Origin: Bugula neritina
Taxonomy: Eukaryota; Animalia; Bryozoa
Length of the DNA stretch: 23,718 nucleotides
NCBI GenBank assembly: GCA_964035545.1
Contig: CAXIUT010000171.1
Coordinates: forward strand, 1 to 23,718
Direction of reading: 5' to 3'
In this document: one piece after another, positions 22,420 through 23,718 of the stretch
Numbering within the stretch: the stretch's first letter is position 1
How the letters are laid out: every line of letters starts with the position of its first letter
Program-made: the position numbers and the translations under genes
Notes under the pieces: generated by a model
What the model was told of the DNA's origin: nothing
Databases searched by the model: none
The model's input: only the letters and a program-made list of their open reading frames with translations

Positions 22420-23613
22420 GCTTTGCACATACTTCTTAGGATACCTGCAATTATAAGTGGAAGGAAAGTTAGAAAATGATTTTTTACTTATATGACACTA
22501 ATCACAGATGAAGAAGTCAAAATAACCAAAAGCAGGGCCAATAGTTTTATTGCAATATATCAATTAATTTTAACTCTGAGGGACCATTTTCTGTTTCAAA
22601 TCCAATGAAAATATATAAGATTCTTTAGCTTAATCTGAAACAAGTCCTTTCTAAATAGAATTCCAAGTATATTTAGAATATCCTCCAAAGGTTTTACCAT
22701 ATTCAGTTCTAACCAAAATAACAGTATTAGGGATATTATCACATTTTTAGTGAAATGCAGCAGCGCTAAATCCATTTTACGATGCTCGATATAATAGTTG
22801 CCAACCTTTTGGCTTACGAATAGTATCTTTAAAGAATTTTATTTGATCTTATTTCAGTGATTTAAGAATAGTAGAATCTGTTCCTATTTATTTAAATTTT
22901 AATTCTGAATCTTATTTCTTTTATTTCTTCTTCTATTCCTTCATCTTTTTCTATATCTTTATTTAAGACTCTTTTTCTTCTTTTATTTTTAGCTAAGAAT
23001 TTTATTTTATTCTTGATTCACTAATTTGACTATTTTCAATGTCAATTTCTTTAGCTAATTATTCAAAAAGTAATCTTTTTAAATTGATCATTTCCTCTAC
23101 AATAGATTCCATATTTTTTCTATATCTTTAAAGAAGTTGAACAGCATGTTATTTTGATCTTTAATTATATTTCATCAAACTGTTATATAGTTGTTTTGAT
23201 TACTTTCCTTTGAGATAGAGAGGATTCTTTTTCTTGTATACTTATTCAATAACTTTCTCTTCTTTCAAACTCAAACCATATTTACCAATACAAGCTTGTC
23301 CATTTTGCTGAAGTTGTCTGATGAAATTATTTTCAATATCAGACATATTGAAAATAAATTATTTCTGGTTGTCAACTCTTGAATTGAGTTGTTGAGTCAA
23401 AAACTTGAATTTTTTGATAGAACAAGCAGGATGACTTTCATCGCAAAATTTACACTAATCCTCACCACACATCAAAGATGGATGAGTACAACCAGAATTG
23501 ACACACATCCTTGTTATCTTGTTCTATCCCTTACAGTAAAGTTCAGGATCAGATACTGTATGTTTACTGAACATGGCTTCCATTAAAGCATCACTTGGAA
23601 TCTAAGCCTACAT
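22420..23613 (-). CDS. TLDc-domain protein with N-terminal Cys/His cluster and coiled coil; 3' end replaced by telomeric tract
   Basis: 398 intronless codons: MCVNSGC..LMCGEDECKFCDESH; LLYRASENGFSAAAFHEKCDNIPNTVILVRTEYGKTFGGY; SYIFSL; GPAFG; SFSNFPSTYN. The usual final TLDc strand (F.v.EyEVf) is absent and the frame runs into the repeat. Confidence 0.88.
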
Positions 23614-23643
23614 CTCTTATGATATTTTTTATCTTAATATAAA

Positions 23644-23718
23644 GGGGTTGGGGTTGGGGTTGGGGTTGGGGTTGGGGTTGGGGTTGGGGTTGGGGTTGGG
23701 GTTGGGGTTGGGGTTGGG
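23644..23718 (+). repeat. Right telomere, (TTGGGG)n
   Basis: Perfect array at the window end, 30 nt from the TLDc start codon; ends ...GGGTTGGG-3'. Confidence 0.98.

Noticed and set aside
328-23586. Supplied short ORFs as independent genes
   Set aside because: They were computed with TAA/TAG as stops. They are fragments of longer genes (e.g. 699-1196, 6724-6957, 7948-8193, 16770-16973) or off-frame/antisense shadows.
1-23718. tRNA/rRNA genes, including suppressor tRNAs
   Set aside because: Spacers are short and very AT-rich, with no recognisable cloverleaf or rRNA sequence.

Overview
This is an AT-rich eukaryotic window with the hallmarks of ciliate macronuclear DNA. It is capped by (CCCCAA)n on the left and (TTGGGG)n on the right, and is split by three internal (TTGGGG)n tracts of the same polarity into segments of about 7.4, 1.0, 13.7 and 1.2 kb. 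The supplied ORF track is misleading because TAA and TAG are sense codons here. Conserved positions in tubulin cofactor B, DNAAF2/kintoun and an SDR indicate that both encode Glu (peritrich-type code, NCBI table 30), with TGA as the only stop. Re-translated by hand in that code, the window is almost entirely coding: 14 genes, spacers mostly 30-135 nt, and introns of almost fixed 20-nt length. Main highlights: (1) the internal telomere tracts, one of which replaces the last ~28 codons of a TLDc gene in frame, suggesting alternative fragmentation into 1-14 kb minichromosomes or chimeric joins; (2) the UAR=Glu code; (3) 20-nt introns; (4) a Mi-2/CHD3-like protein with a degenerate half ATPase; (5) an EGF-TM-RING receptor-like E3 ligase; (6) a secreted CXCXC-repeat protein alone on its segment. 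All protein identifications are by eye from motifs; no searches were run.
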